A DNA stretch of 64,000 nt from the NCBI GenBank assembly GCA_951406725.2, contig OX597837.1, positions 31,682,001 to 31,746,000 of the forward strand. Direction: 5' to 3'. Each line of letters starts with the position of its first letter. The first letter of the stretch is position 1. The stretch comes from Octopus vulgaris (Eukaryota). Below the pieces are notes generated by a model. The model was given only the letters and a program-made list of their open reading frames with translations. It had not been told where the DNA came from and ran no database searches. Below are positions 1-12,847 of this stretch, piece after piece. The translations under genes were made by a program, and so were the position numbers.

Positions 1-111
1 AGGATGAAAGGCAAAGTTGACCTCGGCGAAATTTGAACTCGGAACGTAACGACCGACGAAATACGGCTACGCATTTCGCCAGGCGTGCAAACGTTGCTGC
101 CAACTCGCCGA
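1..111 (-). mobile_element. SINE family A (tRNA-derived head, Meta-like central domain), partial at window edge
   Basis: Reverse complement matches the GGCGGCGAGCTGGCAG...CCGAGGTCGACTTTGCCTTTCATCCT sequence of the copies at 47688 and 47961. Confidence 0.85.
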
Positions 112-388
112 GCTTCAAAAACGGGCATATAAATACAAATATACATCTGTAATTATAAAGTAAAATACTCACACACACACACAGGAACACAAACACTCAC
201 ACTCATTCACATTGAAGCACACACACACATGTGACAATACGTACCAGAACCCTGTTTCGCACACATAGAAATGAATATACACCGCCCTTGTATAAATACG
301 TATGTATACATGTAAATATTATTAGAATATATGAACTTACACATATGTGCACACACTTATATACAGCATTATATGTACGTACACACGC

Positions 389-419
<31 letters not shown>

Positions 420-651
420 TATATACATATATACGTTACATGTACATATATACATATATATACATATATATATATACATATATGCATATATATGTAAATA
501 TGTGCGTATATATATATGTATATATATATGTGTATATATATATACATATGTATATATATATATGTATATACACAAACACACATATATATATGAACATACA
601 TTACATATATACGTATAGATAAATATATTTGTGTACACACATAAATATATA

Positions 652-698
<47 letters not shown>

Positions 699-938
699 TG
701 AATTCCCCTAAAGTAACAGTATGTGTTTTGCTTGCTTATTCTCTCTTCTCAACAGATTTTATATATATATATATATATATATCTATATATATCTATAAGA
801 GTATATAAATAGATATATATATATATATGTATATGTATATATATATATAAATGTATACATAAATATATATCTATATATATATATTAAACACAAAGTAAAT
901 TAGGGGAAATGGGTGCAACCCACTAAGGGATAGTATTT

Positions 939-983
<45 letters not shown>

Positions 984-1281
984 AGGCTGGAGAGTTTCTA
1001 TTTTAGATATATTTGGGGTACTTAATCGTGCTCATGAGTGTTTGCTTCTTCCATGGGTATGAGTATTTCATTTGCCGCATTTATCATTGAGGAAAGGAGG
1101 GTTCTTATGAACTAATCATGATATCTGTCCGATATGGTAATAAGGGAATTTTTTAGAAATTTCTCTCGACCTTTTTCGAGTAGCGTACTTGTTGTGATGA
1201 ATTATATGGTTATGGACAATGTGTCTAGTTTCGGCATATTTGGCGTTGAAAGTTTTTTCGTTTGCTCTCACTTATAAGTTG

Positions 1282-1319
<38 letters not shown>

Positions 1320-1590
1320 TACATTATATTATATATGTATATCTAACTACAAACGTGTTTGCGTGTATATTGGCATATCTGTGTATGCCTTTATGTGTAT
1401 CTATGATTGTTTATATATTTTAAGTGTATATGTATGTATTTGTGTGTATGTGTTTATATATATATATGTAAATGTATGTACGTATGTATATTTATATAAG
1501 TATATATATACATATACATATTTTTATATATATTTTATATATATACGTAAATGATAGTACGTATGTATATTTATATAATTATATATATAC

Positions 1591-1641
<51 letters not shown>

Positions 1642-1794
1642 CATATTTATATATATATATATATATATGTACATATATATAGATATATAGATGTATATAT
1701 ATATATATACATATATATATGCATATATATATAAACTTATACAAATATACATCGATGTGTGTTATAATATCCCAACTTATATTTTTATGTGCAT

Positions 1795-1827
<33 letters not shown>

Positions 1828-1916
1828 AACACACACACTCTGACTTACTCATATACAAGCATGCGTGTATAAGCATTATGGACACAATGTATACAAGAAA
1901 AAACATTTACTTGCAG

Positions 1917-2008
1917 ATCTGGTGATTTGTTGGATGAGGAGTAAAGTGAACTTTCGGGATACATCCCAGAATTCCCTGCATGGTGCAGGCGGCATTTGCT
2001 CCTGGAAG
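1917..2008 (+). other. Candidate orphan exon
   Basis: TTACTTGCAG acceptor and AAG|GTAAGA donor around a 92-nt GC-richer island. Only the frame from 1919 is open (LVICWMRSKVNFRDTSQNSLHGAGGICSWK). Confidence 0.4.
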
Positions 2009-3035
2009 GTAAGAAATAATTGGACAAAATAAATAAGGTTACTTTGAAATATTTGTATATAATTGGCACCATTTATTGTCGTTATTATAATTCTAATTGT
2101 GTATTTCCTCTCCAAGTAGCTATAATTCCACTGCACAAAGTTTGATATTAGAGTCCGCAGCGTTTGCAGACTTACATCAAACAGGAGTGTTTCAAGTTAA
2201 ATACTCGTACAACATACAGAAAGTGATCTGCCTCGTACAATTTATTAACTATTGTACCATGTTAAAATGTTAAGGCTCATTGAAAGCTGTCAGCAACACA
2301 CGGAGACAACAGTGACAGATTGTAGTCTAGAAACTATAGCCATTTACTTCAACAGTAGCTATAGTGTGAAGAAGAAATCGTTGAAGGAACAAGAGACAAT
2401 AGGTCACAAAACCTTGCCCATCTACACATAAGCTAACACTCACTGGCAGGCTAGCATTAAAATGTGTTTATACGTATAATATATTTTAAATATACATATT
2501 TGTATATATGTCTGTATATCTTGTATTACATATATATACATATATAATCTACATATACATGTGTGTAAAAATTATATATATATATCATTTATACCTATAT
2601 GAGTGAGTGTATTGAACAATGCAATCATTATATTAATTTAAAGATAGAAGAAATTCATGTTGTCGCTATTGTAGCTAAGAATGGGCTACACTTCCAAGAA
2701 TCGCTCGAAACCTATTGGGGTCACGGTGTTGTAAGGGATTGTAATTCATTTCTAATTCATTTATCACTCTATCAACTACTAAACTGATGTAATGATTGCA
2801 TTGTTCAATTAAATGGAACCGCTTGATACGTTCGTACTGCATCACTACTTGATATCCTGTTGCTTATCTTGACATATATATGTATTATTACATATACAAT
2901 GTTTACACAAACATATATATATATACACACAATATTTATATAACGATCACACACACACACATATATATATATATACATATATAATAAATACATAGATATA
3001 TATATATATATATGTATGTATATATATTCAAATAG

Positions 3036-3083
<48 letters not shown>

Positions 3084-3100
3084 ATAAACATTGTTTCCAG

Positions 3101-3185
3101 GTCTTCGAACTTGTACAACCGGCTACTCTGTGGAAGTGATCGAGATCTCAACGTTCCCACCAGCTATGTGGGTCTCCAGTCTGTG
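3101..3185 (+). other. Candidate orphan exon
   Basis: TTGTTTCCAG acceptor and GTG|GTATGT donor around an 85-nt unique island. Two frames are open. Product unknown. Confidence 0.35.
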
Positions 3186-3194
3186 GTATGTCCA

Positions 3195-3330
3195 CTTATT
3201 TGTAGCTGAGTGGACCGGAGCAAAGTGAAATGAAGTGTTTTGCTCAATTACACAACGTTGCGCGGAGAAATCGAAACCACACTCTTGCTATCGTGAGTCC
3301 AACACACAAAACACTAGGCCGTGCACCTTC
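3195..3330 (-). mobile_element. Degenerate SINE family C (tRNA head, CORE-like domain)
   Basis: Reverse complement resembles TTGAGCAAAACACTTCATTTCAC...CTCAGCT of the copies at 9227, 25917 and 52658. Confidence 0.6.
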
Positions 3331-4764
3331 GCTGCATATGTGTGTAATGAAGACAAGGAAGAGGGATTGTGTCGACGGCACCGAAGCTTCGTTAGAAGGA
3401 ATATGACGGATCAACTGATATATGTATCAGCTTCTCAAGTCTTCTGAATGCCGCTTGCTTCATTAATTGCATCTACGAAACGAAAACCTATACAGGAGCA
3501 ATATAAACACACCGCATATATAATCATATACAACAGGATTAATAAACATATATACGTGATACTTAATGCTTCTTCAAATTTAAATAACAACATCATCTAA
3601 GAGAATGACATAGAAGCGGACATACCGACAATGCAGATGGCGACAAGTACGATAAACTTCAACATTCTTGATAGATTTTTATCTTCTCGGAGACGGTCTC
3701 TTCAGCTGTGTTGTGATGTGAGTGTTTTACAAGCAGCAATAAGGCATATTTATAAGAGTGGAACGTTGAATCGATAGGCTAATTTATTCATTGAAATATC
3801 TTTGAATGAAAGACTTGCACAAAAAGAGTGTAACATATGTCACAAGGTCTTTTTCATAATCTATATGGAGGCTTTGAATTTCATTTCTCTTCATTATCGA
3901 AAGTTGATTTTAATTACATTAATTAGATGTTATTGATTAATTATTTACAATAATAATTCTTTTAGCTGAAATAATTCTTTACAAAATGTGACACATTAAA
4001 TGAAATGTTAATTTGTTTCTAAATTATTCAAAATAAATGTTAAGGTTTCGAAATCAGAATGGGTGAAATATCTATATATGATATTTATTAACTTTTATCA
4101 ACTGACCAAGTATCAAGATTTTAATCTTGTTAATGAAAGATATTTCAATTTTATTTCAATATTTGTTTCCTCATAAAGTGATATCTGTCATCGTTAATCT
4201 TTGAATAATAAATTCCTTTGCATATATAGGTATAAATCTTCATACAAGTTAATTAATTACCTTGATACTTTCTTTAAATACATTTTAAGAAATATCCATT
4301 TGTACCTATATGACAGATTCTAATTCTTGAAAATTTCCAATATAATCAGTAAAACGGATAAAGGAATATTTTTTTTCATATAAATATTTCGAAGATATCA
4401 TACAGGATTAACAGATAAACATTTATAATCCGTAACTTTGTTGATATAAAGAATAAAATTTAAAGACAAACTAATTCTGGTGGTCATTATTGAATCATGA
4501 AATTAGTTTAAATTTAGGTTATTTTTAATTCTACTTTTCGAGTTCAAAATTTCTCAATCTAATTACCAGTTTTTTCTTGCAAAAAATTACAGAGATAAGG
4601 AGAGTGATTTTGAAATATTTTACCTGTAATTATATAGATCTATACTGAAGTGTGAGCAGCCACTACATTTGAAATATTCAGAATTATAAGTCAATAGTAG
4701 TAGAGAGAAGAAAAAAGATAATGTTAAGGAGGAATCTACGGGGCCAGCTCCACAGAATCACAAA

Positions 4765-5089
4765 CTTTGAGTGGTGTCCCTCAGGGCACAGTCTTAAGAC
4801 CATTACTATTCATAGTATCCCTCTCATATATGCCCTGATTCACATAGCGAACCACTCTCACAATTTATGCACATGACTTAAAAGTTTCACAGGTTACAAA
4901 GAACGCTGAATAGGTCATGCACCTTGGGCTGAAGGCAATAATATGCCGTTTAATGAGTAAGAACTCTAAGATTTGCGCTATTATCTGACAAAGTTCAATG
5001 CAATCCGGATAAAATATACTGGATCTAGAGGGATTACAGTTCTAGAATCACAAACGGTTTGTGATCTGGGTACTGATCTGGGCACTGAT
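4765..5089 (+). mobile_element. Old CR1/L2-like LINE RT remnant, left part
   Basis: Translates SGVPQGTVLRPLLF... and ...ESQTVCDLGTD, with stops. Continues after 7527. Confidence 0.75.
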
Positions 5090-7487
5090 ACTCGAAGCGA
5101 TAAGATTCGTTTCAGCTTCGCATGACTGTTTGGTACTAGGAGACTTCAACGCTCCCACGATCGATTGGCCCGCATCAATTTGTACAACATCTTCCCGGTT
5201 CGGCCAGGCCCTTCTTGACGTGGCTAAAGATTGTTTTCTATCGCAACATGTTGAATATCCGACAAGGCATCGGTCTGGGCAGCAGCCATCTATGCAGGAT
5301 CTGGTATTCTCCCGCTATCCAACATCAGTGTCAGACGTATCTGTGTGCGCCCCTCTTGCCAAGAGTGATCATGCGGTCCTGAAGTTCGTCATGCACACAA
5401 CTTTTTCTATGCCCACGACTACTTCGCTGCCACGTAGAGTCTTCTCTGCAATTAATCTTGAAATTCTAACCGAGGCTTCCGCGCTTCTGGACTGGCGATC
5501 CCTGATGACGTTGCCCTCAGTTGACGAACTATGGTCATCCCTCAAAGCATATGTAATCTGGTTGACTGACCAGGCAGTTCCCGTTGGGCTTCCCAAGAAG
5601 AAGAAACACAAGCCCTGGGTGACGAAGAAGGTTAAACGAGAACGTCGACTCAGAGATATTGCTTGGGCTGAATTCAAAAACTGGATTCGACTGCTGCTTT
5701 TGAGGTGTACAAAACTCAACGAGATCGAGCCGTGAAAATTGAAAAGGAAGAACGCTTCAGTTATGAATACAAAATCGCGGCAAATGCCAGTAGCAATCCA
5801 AAAACCTTCTTTGCCCATGTCCAACGGAATTCCCGCTTGAACAACCAGATTGCAACGTTGGTAGACTCAACAGGCGTATCGATTGAGGACCCTTATCAAC
5901 AGAGTCAATTATTTGCCGAGGCTTCTTCAACTATTTTCAAACAAGATGATGGTCGTGAACCCCCTCCATTTGATAGATCGGTACCACCAATGCCTAGATT
6001 GGTCATCACGCGGGACGAAGTCAAACGTGCTATTCAATGCCTTGATGTCAACAAGGGTCACGGCCCTGATGGCATACACCCACGGGTTATCAAAGCGTTG
6101 GCTCCGGTCATCTGCGAGCCCTTAACACGTCTATTCAATATGTCATTGGCGACGGGTGTTATACCTGCGGACTGGAGAACAGCGATAATCTGCCCAATTT
6201 TCAAGAAAGGGAGCCGCGAAGACCCGCTTAACTACCGACCGGTTTCCCTTACATCAATAATCAGCAAGATGTTCGAAACCATCCTTAAGAAAAGTATGAT
6301 GCTCCACCTCCAAAACACAGCCTCTATCTCTGATTCCCAACACGGCTTCGTGCCGAAGAGACCAGGCTTGACCAACTTACTGGTAATGGAAGAATTGGTG
6401 ACGCGCATCCTCGATGATAGTGATGCTGTTGACATCGTTTTATTGGACTTTGCCAAAGCTTTTGACTCGGTAAACCACCGCCTATTACTTGTCAAGCTTC
6501 AAGCATATACTTTCCATCCGGATATTGTACGATGGGTTGGTGCCTTCCTCTCAGATCGCTCCTTCCAAGTCCAAGTTAATGGTTCGCGGTCCGACGTCTC
6601 CAGTGCGAGCAGTGGCGTGCCTCAAGGTTCAGTGCTTGGGCCCTTATTGTTCTTAGTCTTCATAAATGACTTGCCCGACGACCTCACGCAACACACCCTT
6701 CTATTTGCCGACGATATCAAACTGGTCGCTCCTCGCGGTGATATAGAGGATCTTCGTCGATGCCTCCACCAAATTTGGAAGTGGTCTAACGAATGGGACC
6801 TGTGTCTGAACGTGTCAAAGTGCTGTCATCTGCCTGTTGGCTCTCCTCCTGCAGCTCAACTTGATTTCGAGCTGGGTCGTCTGCTGCTGGAGAGGACCGA
6901 TCAGGTAAAGGACCTGGGTATCTTGGTGGATTCCTCCTTTTCGCCTTCGGCCCAGTGCGTCCATGTTGCCAACAAAGCACGCGGAATTCTGTTCTTGATT
7001 CGACGGTCATTCGGAATGCTCACAGCAGCCATATTCCTACAACTCTATGTCACGCTGGTGAGACCCATATTGGAGTACGGGATTCAAGCCTCTTCTCCTT
7101 ATCTCCTCAAAGACATACAGCATCTCGAAAGAGTCCAGAAGCTGGCTACCCGCATGGTTCATGGTCTCAAAAATTTGTCCTATGAAGAAAGGCTGAGGAC
7201 GCTCGACCTTTATTCTCTTGAAAAACGCCACCGCTGTGGTGATCTCATTCTCGCCCACAACATCATAAGCGGAAAGTGTAACCTCTCGAAAGAGCTGTTC
7301 TTCACTCCTGCTCCAGAGCGTCGGCTGCGGGGTCATTCCGAAAAGCTCTACCTGCGACGATTTCATCTCAATCGAAGGAGAGGAGCTTTCTCCGTCCGGG
7401 TTGCGGATCCGTGGAACAAGCTGCCAGACGAGATGGTGAAGATGCCGACGACCGCTTTGTTCAAAGCCTCCCTTGACCTCAAGTGGC

Positions 7488-7527
<40 letters not shown>
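5090..7527 (+). mobile_element. Young 5'-truncated CR1-like LINE (APE endonuclease C-half plus RT), one frameshift, (AACT)n tail
   Basis: ORF 5061-5735 has GDFN, DLVFS and SDH. ORF 5705-7495 has NYRPVSLTS, QHGF, LDFAKAFDSV, SGVPQGSVLGPLLF, LFADD and RGH...WNKLP. Tail at 7488-7527. Confidence 0.95.
5705..7495 (+). CDS. Non-LTR reverse transcriptase ORF of the CR1-like LINE (frameshifted from the endonuclease part near 5680-5710)
   Basis: 596-aa ORF with canonical non-LTR RT motifs. Confidence 0.85.
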
Positions 7528-8140
7528 GTTACGCATTCTTCCATATGCATATTATTAAGTAGGCAATGATAAGCGGGCAGTTGGCCGAATGGATTCTTAT
7601 AACGTTTAGAGGAGAGCAGGAAATCATGATGGTCCTCTGGAGGACATTTTGTCTTAAGCTGTTTTGTTTGTTGCTTCCAAATATGGTCAATGCACATTGT
7701 AGAATTAACAGCGTACCTGGAAGCAGTCCAGCGAGACTACACAAGGAAAATAGCCTCAATGGCGAAAACGAATTACTAGGAAGGACTGAAGTGGTTAAGA
7801 CTAATCCCTGAAACGACGGCGGGAAAGATATACTGCAATATACACCTGGATGATCCAGGAAGGACTTGTCCCAAACTGATAGTTATACAAACATTAGAAT
7901 AGAGTGCCATTGCATAGTACCTAAAATCCCGCCTCTGTCGACAAACTAGAGGATCAAATATTGAATAGGTTGGGATTCAAAGACACACACCTCATCAGTA
8001 TCTTCCTAAAGGAACTGAGAGACCTTCATGTTGTGAATGTATATGTCTTCAAAACTAACCTGGATCACCTACTGTCAAGAGCCCTAAATGAGCCAATTTA
8101 GGGGAATTGTTAGCAACAACAAACACCTTCATTTACTAAA
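7528..8140 (+). mobile_element. Old CR1/L2-like LINE RT remnant, right part
   Basis: Translates AEWILITFR, LEAVQRDYTRKI, RRRERYTAIYTW and FKTNLDHLL with stops and frameshifts. Collinear with 4765-5089. Confidence 0.75.
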
Positions 8141-8241
8141 TGTCAGCAGATAAAGAAGAATTAATAAAAGGTGTAGCAATACTAGTTAATGGTGGCCCAT
8201 AACAGCCACAGACGTAGAGATGAAGGTAGGGAAAACTAATA

Positions 8242-8305
<64 letters not shown>

Positions 8306-8325
8306 GTATGTGTGTGTGTATATAT

Positions 8326-8704
<379 letters not shown>

Positions 8705-9177
8705 TACAGTCTTTCAAATTATTGTAACATTGTTTTGTTTTATTTACAAATTACGCGTTGGAATACAACGTAACATCCACAGAATGATAGTAAGAGTTTT
8801 ATGCGTGTGGGGGCATAAAAACCTGAGACTTTGCTCTAGTGTAGACAAACCTCGACCATTTGCATGATGACCACTACGTGGACATCAAAGGAATACTGAT
8901 GAGCTACGGACAATTACGCAAGTAATTTGCGTAAATGTTAATAGCGAAATTAGCTTATGATAAATCTATATTTTGTTTCTTTTCATTTGTCTTGCTCGCT
9001 TACATTCTGGCGTTTGTTAAACTTTCTTGAGAACATTCCTTTCTTAGTGGTAAGACCATAGCGGAACTACTTCTAGCATAATGGATGTCCACGTAGAGCT
9101 TATCTCTCTTATATGAATGTAATATATTTTTTCTGAATCTTCAGGTTTTCATATAGTTTAAATTCATATATGCATAC

Positions 9178-9226
<49 letters not shown>

Positions 9227-9228
<2 letters not shown>

Positions 9229-9522
9229 TTGTGAGCTCGAATCCCGGACCGGGCTGCGTGTTGTGTTCTTGAGCAAGGCACTTTATTTCACGTTGCTCCA
9301 GTTCACTCAGCTGTAGAAATGAGTTGCGACGTCACTAGTGCCAAGCTGTATCGACCTTTGTCTTTCCCTTGGATAACACTGGTGGCGTGGAGAGGGAAGG
9401 CTGGTATGCATGGGCGACTGCTGGTCTTCCATAAACAACCTTGCCCGGACTTGTGTCTAGAAGGGTAACTTTCTAGGTGCAATCCCATGGTCATTCATGA
9501 CCGAAGGGGGTCTTTACCCTTT
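9227..9522 (+). mobile_element. SINE family C, 5'-truncated
   Basis: Near-identical to 52690-52988. CORE-like TGTTCTTGAGCAAGGCACTT...CTGTAGAAATGAG. Confidence 0.85.
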
Positions 9523-9589
9523 TATATATATATGTAAAAAAGAAGTTTGAAAGCGCCACTATATTAGATAAATTCTAATTTTCTTATGA

Positions 9590-9634
9590 ATTTTACATGT
9601 TTCGGTTCTTGAAAAAACGAACCTTTTCAAAAAT
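9590..9634 (-). ncRNA. Type I hammerhead ribozyme motif, U3-A8 core variant
   Basis: AUUU-UUGAAAA-GGUUC-loop-GAACC-GAAA-CAUG-UA-AAAU. Confidence 0.65.
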
Positions 9635-9934
9635 ATTATAAAAAGTGCAATAGAAAAGTTCTTAGTTGTTTCTTACTGGTCTCAATAGAATCCGTGTGGT
9701 GGTGTTTTGTTGGTAGGTGGTATAATCGCTATATTATAGTTGCGGGGTTGCCACTATTCCATTGGAACACAAGCACGGTTCCTTTTGATAACAGCAAGAA
9801 AGAATAATGAACTTCTTTACTACACGCAACTATAATATAGCGATTATACCAACTACCGACAAAACACCACCACACGGATTCTATTGAGACCAGTAAGAAA
9901 CAACTATGAACTTTTCTATTGCACTTTTTATAAT

Positions 9935-9981
9935 ATTTTTGATAAGGTTCGTGTTTTTTCAAGAACCGAAACATGTAAAAT
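9935..9981 (+). ncRNA. Type I hammerhead ribozyme motif, U3-A8 core variant
   Basis: AUUU-UUGAUAA-GGUUC-loop-GAACC-GAAA-CAUG-UA-AAAU. Helix III is the palindrome ACAUGU. Confidence 0.7.
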
Positions 9982-10194
9982 TCATAAGAAAATTAAAATT
10001 TATCTAATATAGTGGCGTTTTCAAACTTCTTTTTTACAAATATATACCCACTCGTACACGATCTACTCTTATTATAAATATATATATATATATATACATA
10101 TATACCTATTTAATAAATGCGCCCTTTTCCCGACTAACCAGTTTCATGGGCCCGGTTTCTCGGTTTCAATGGCGTATGTGTTCCCCAGCTGGAT

Positions 10195-10260
10195 GACCAG
10201 CGATGTGTAGCAAAATCTGATAGCCTGGACGGTCACGGTGATCACGGTTATCACGGTGAT
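10195..10260 (+). mobile_element. RTE-like LINE 3' end with (TCACGGTGA)n tail
   Basis: TGACCAGCG...tail resembles the 3' end of the RTE at 43242-43300, whose tail is TCAAGGTGA. Confidence 0.5.
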
Positions 10261-10326
10261 ATTCATGTATATATATGTATACGTATATATGTGTATATAT
10301 ATATATGTGTGTGTATGTATGTATAT

Positions 10327-10383
<57 letters not shown>

Positions 10384-11049
10384 CATGTATATATACATAC
10401 ATGTATATATACTTATATATATACATATATATGTATGTATATTTATCTAAAGGTTGGGCCAAACATCCCGCACGAAAACATTTGCCGTTATATTTATATT
10501 ACGTTATTATTACTGTTATTCATTTTGTTCATCTTGTTCGTGTGTATTCATTGTAGTTTTTACTTTATTCAACTTTAGAAAAATTGTAACATGTCTTTGA
10601 GCGTGACTTTTGACTCGCCTTTGAAATATATACACACATATACAGAAACACACACACACACACACAAACACATATGTATAGGTTTGAAAATATGTAGAAA
10701 ACATATATAGAAGTGAAAGAGAAATGCCTTCGTTTCTCATGGTTTAATATCTTTTTATAAAGAAATTTTTTTAGAATATATGCATATCTTTTGGATGTAG
10801 TGATATCCAACCGGTTTTGCCATTTATATTAGCTTTTCAAGGGACGTGGGGATGTAATCAATTCTGGTGTCAAAGGGGTCTCACCATTTTGGATGCTTGA
10901 AAAATAAGAATGAGTCTGGAGTGTGGATCAAGGGAGGTGAGAGGAGGCAATGGGGACAGATACACAGACATGCAGGAAGTAAATAGACACATTTAATATT
11001 CAAAATCTCTGATCTAACCGTCTTAATACTTTTTCAGAGGTGTAGAATT

Positions 11050-11880
11050 TACAATGTAATTATTCGTTTTCATTCCAGGTGCCATTATATTAAACATTTG
11101 CGAAAATTTTCAAATTCCTCTTGTTAGTGTTAATAGAGTTATAGTGCAATTCAAAAGTCAAGTAAAAGAATCAACAGATTCTCGTCCCGGCCGACCTGGG
11201 CCCTCGGAAAGGTAGCTTCGCTGTTTGCAGAGAAGTGTGGAAAACGAATCCAGATCGAACGCTCCTGACATTGCTAAACAGCTAGAAGTTAGTCCAAGAA
11301 CGTGTGTTACATATCTGGATGAGCTTGAGTATTATGGACGAGCAGCTAGAAGAAAACTTCTCCTTCAACCAATTAATATCATAAAAAGAAAGAAATGGGC
11401 TCTGGAGATGTCAGAAAAATCCAGTTCATTTTTGGATAGAGTGATTTTCTCAGATGAATCCATATTTGCATTATTTTCAGACAGTGAACGTGTTTGGGAC
11501 AGGAGGCTTCCAAATCAAGAATTTGATTTGAAACGACTCCAACCAACTGTGAAACACGGTGGTATCTCTGTAATGGTATGGGGAGCTGTCATCAGCAATG
11601 GTCGTTCTGAGCTGATCGAATGTGTTGGAACCATAAACTCTGAAAAGTACATCGAAATTCTAAAGCAATGACAACTTCCGATGTATTCACACGATAACAT
11701 AAGGGAAAAAGTGCTTTTATTCATGGAAGATGGGGCTCTGTATCACACAGCGAAAGGGTATCAACAATGTCTGACTGAAACTGGGATCAAAAAGGTTCCT
11801 TGACCAAGCCAATCTCCTGACATGAACCCAATTGAAAATCTTTGGAGCATTCCTGATAGAGCTATACGAAAATCTCGACA
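11050..11880 (+). mobile_element. Tc1-like (DD34E) transposase relic
   Basis: [30 protein letters not shown]...*PSQSPDMNPIENLW, with 34 residues between D and E. In-frame stops present. Confidence 0.92.
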
Positions 11881-12713
11881 GCGTAAAAGCAAAATATTAT
11901 CGTTTGTTGGTTTTTCATTCCCCTCCTCATCCCGGCACCACCAACACCACCCATTAAATTCAGTCAACCAGATCAATCATTAATGGCATTGAAGTCATGG
12001 CCATCTTACACTTTTGCCTAGCTAGGTCTCCAAAGTTGTTCCTTCCAAAAAGTAGTTATATGTGGAATGAGAATGATTTTGCTGCTATTATTGGCAGGTC
12101 AAGACACCACATACGCTAGTTGGTTAATTTATTTGTGGATATTTTTTTTGCTTTCAGAAAAGTCTGTAATTCTTCACCAACATTGCCACTATTCTATAAT
12201 CCTCGATTTTAGATTGAGAAAGTTTTGAGCTCCAATGGTCCTTGCGCCTATTCCAGAAATCGAAACCGTATTACAAAGTCGTCAAGTTGTATGATAGTAT
12301 GCTTTCTTCAATTGTAGCACCTGTTAATTATAATTAGGTAGGGAAATAATTTATTTGGCTTTTGTTCTTAATTTCAAAACTTTATTCATTGATATCGATA
12401 TTCATAGTTTACAAATTGAAAGGAATTCTAAAAACAAAATCTATATTACTAGTATTAATTGAGGTGTAAAAGTACGACAGATGCTTATAAAGTAAAGCTA
12501 ACGGTATTGGGACTTTAATTGTGAACATTGAGTTATGGGTAATTAACATATTTACATATTTATTTACACAAAAGCTAAAAAATATCTTGAAAGTGCTCTA
12601 TTGAAATATTTGAATGAAATTTAATTAATGTTCAAACAATATCGCAATGAATGGTAAAACATATGTTGTGTAGCAATCAATAACGTATTTAATATTAATT
12701 AGGTATATGTACC

Positions 12714-12721
12714 TATAAATA
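12714..12721 (+). promoter_or_regulatory. Candidate TATA box (TATAAATA) of the secreted-protein gene
   Basis: Lies about 90 nt upstream of the ATG at 12808, which has a CAACATG context. AT-rich background lowers specificity. Confidence 0.5.
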
Positions 12722-12807
12722 TAACGAGAGTTTTCACTATAAGTATTCAACGCCTTCCTGAACTACTGCTGAGACCGTCTGAAGTCACACTAAAACCATC
12801 TTTCAAC

Positions 12808-12847
12808 ATGTACAAGTTTATGCTTATTGCTGCCCTCTTTGTTGCCG
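12808..12847 (+). CDS. Small secreted Cys-rich protein, coding exon 1 (signal peptide MYKFMLIAALFVA-G)
   Basis: ATG, hydrophobic signal peptide, and a phase-1 donor G|GTGAGT. Confidence 0.85.

Larger units (their letters stand above)
9533..10038. repeat. Long inverted repeat (arms 9533-9744 and 9825-10038, 80-bp spacer), probably Penelope-like termini
   Basis: The arms are reverse complements with few mismatches, are flanked by TA runs, and each carries an HHR motif. Confidence 0.92.

Noticed and set aside
1917-1950. Selenoprotein reading through three in-frame TGA codons
   Set aside because: No recognisable selenoprotein motif or SECIS element. The frame is most simply closed.
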